From an uncultured Solirubrobacterales bacterium (GTDB lineage Bacteria > Actinomycetota > Thermoleophilia > Solirubrobacterales > Solirubrobacteraceae): a stretch of 64,000 nt of DNA. Both the position numbers and the translations under genes were made by a program. Shown piece after piece: positions 63,247 through 64,000 of this stretch; positions within the stretch are counted from its first letter, which is position 1, and every line of letters starts with the position of its first letter. The notes under the pieces were generated by a model. It worked only from the letters and a program-made list of their open reading frames with translations. It ran no database searches and was not told where the DNA came from. Location: positions 231,323 to 295,322 of the forward strand of contig CAWGYJ010000008.1 of assembly GCA_963826895.1 (NCBI GenBank), read 5' to 3'.

Positions 63247-64000
63247 GTGATCGGCCCGTTCGTGGATACCGGCTGGTTGGCCAAGCACCTGGACGAGGTC
63301 GTCACCGCGGACGTCCGCTGGTACCTCGACGGACGTTCTGCGCGGGAGGCCTACCTCGCTGGACATCTTCCGGGCGCCGTGTTCGTGGATCTGGACACGG
63401 TGCTCGCCGCGCCGGCGAGTCCGGAGCGTGGACGCCACCCGCTGCCCGATCCGGACGCGTTCGCCCCGGCGCTCGGGCAGCTCGGGATCGGGGATCGCGA
63501 CACGGTGGTGGCATACGACGACGACGGTGGCGTGATCGCCGCACGGCTCGTATGGATGCTCCGCGCCACCGGCCACGAGGCGGCCGTGCTCGACGGCGGG
63601 ATCGACGCCTGGGACGGACCGCTCGAGGCTGGACCGTCCGCGCGCGCGGCGGCGCAGTTCCGAGCACGCGAGTGGCCGCGCGCGCTGATCGCGACGATCG
63701 ACGAGGTCGCGGACGCCGGCGACGCGGTGGTGCTCGACGCGCGCGATCGCGATCGGTACAGCGGCGCGGTCGAGCCCGTCGATCCCCGGCCGGGACACAT
63801 CCCCGGCGCGCGCTCGCTGCCGGTTCGTGAGCACATCGGCCCGGACGGCCGGCTGCCGGCACGTGAGGAGCTGCGCGAGCGCCTGCGTGCCGTCGGTGTC
63901 GGGGAGGACTCTGTGGTCATCTCATACTGCGGCTCGGGCGTGACCGCGTGCCACAACCTGCTCGTGCTCGAGCACGCCGGCATGCAGCCCGGGCGGCTGT
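63247..64000 (+). CDS. Sulfurtransferase (SseA/rhodanese), 3' end beyond the window
   Basis: GGAGG RBS; DVRWYL, GHLPGA, GRHPLP, LDGG, GHIPGA and the active-site loop YCGSGVTAC. Confidence 0.92.
   Translation, partial: MIGPFVDTGWLAKHLDEVVTADVRWYLDGRSAREAYLAGHLPGAVFVDLDTVLAAPASPERGRHPLPDPDAFAPALGQLGIGDRDTVVAYDDDGGVIAARLVWMLRATGHEAAVLDGGIDAWDGPLEAGPSARAAAQFRAREWPRALIATIDEVADAGDAVVLDARDRDRYSGAVEPVDPRPGHIPGARSLPVREHIGPDGRLPAREELRERLRAVGVGEDSVVISYCGSGVTACHNLLVLEHAGMQPGRL

Overview
A high-GC (~70%, judged by eye) actinobacterial chromosome segment. Gene content and secreted-protein style suggest Thermoleophilia/Solirubrobacterales (inference). Left to right it carries: the heat-shock locus dnaK-grpE-dnaJ-hspR...clpB, split by two tandem secreted sedolisin (S53) paralogues and marked by variant HAIR operators; an inositol-lipid cluster (hydrolase, GT-C-like membrane protein, Aur1/IPCS-like PAP2, PIP synthase, ino1) split by two secreted-protein genes; a two-component system; an endoglycoceramidase-like GH5; a degenerate PimA-like GT4 fused to a PHP domain and coupled to a degenerate family-4 UDG; rlmD, argF, thiOSG/thiE, lpdA and a stand-alone E2 catalytic domain; pcm, an amidase, an orphan DNA methyltransferase, a lytic transglycosylase and a haloalkane dehalogenase; and a membrane-tethered ECF sigma factor upstream of a 1318-aa CSLREA/beta-helix surface protein. 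No rRNA, tRNA, CRISPR array, transposase or phage gene was recognised. Several conserved genes carry frameshifts that are probably long-read consensus errors. The best leads are the putative inositol-phospholipid remodelling system (including the pseudo-GT/PHP fusion) and a C-terminal domain shared by unrelated secreted proteins. All calls come from motif recognition by eye; no database search was run.
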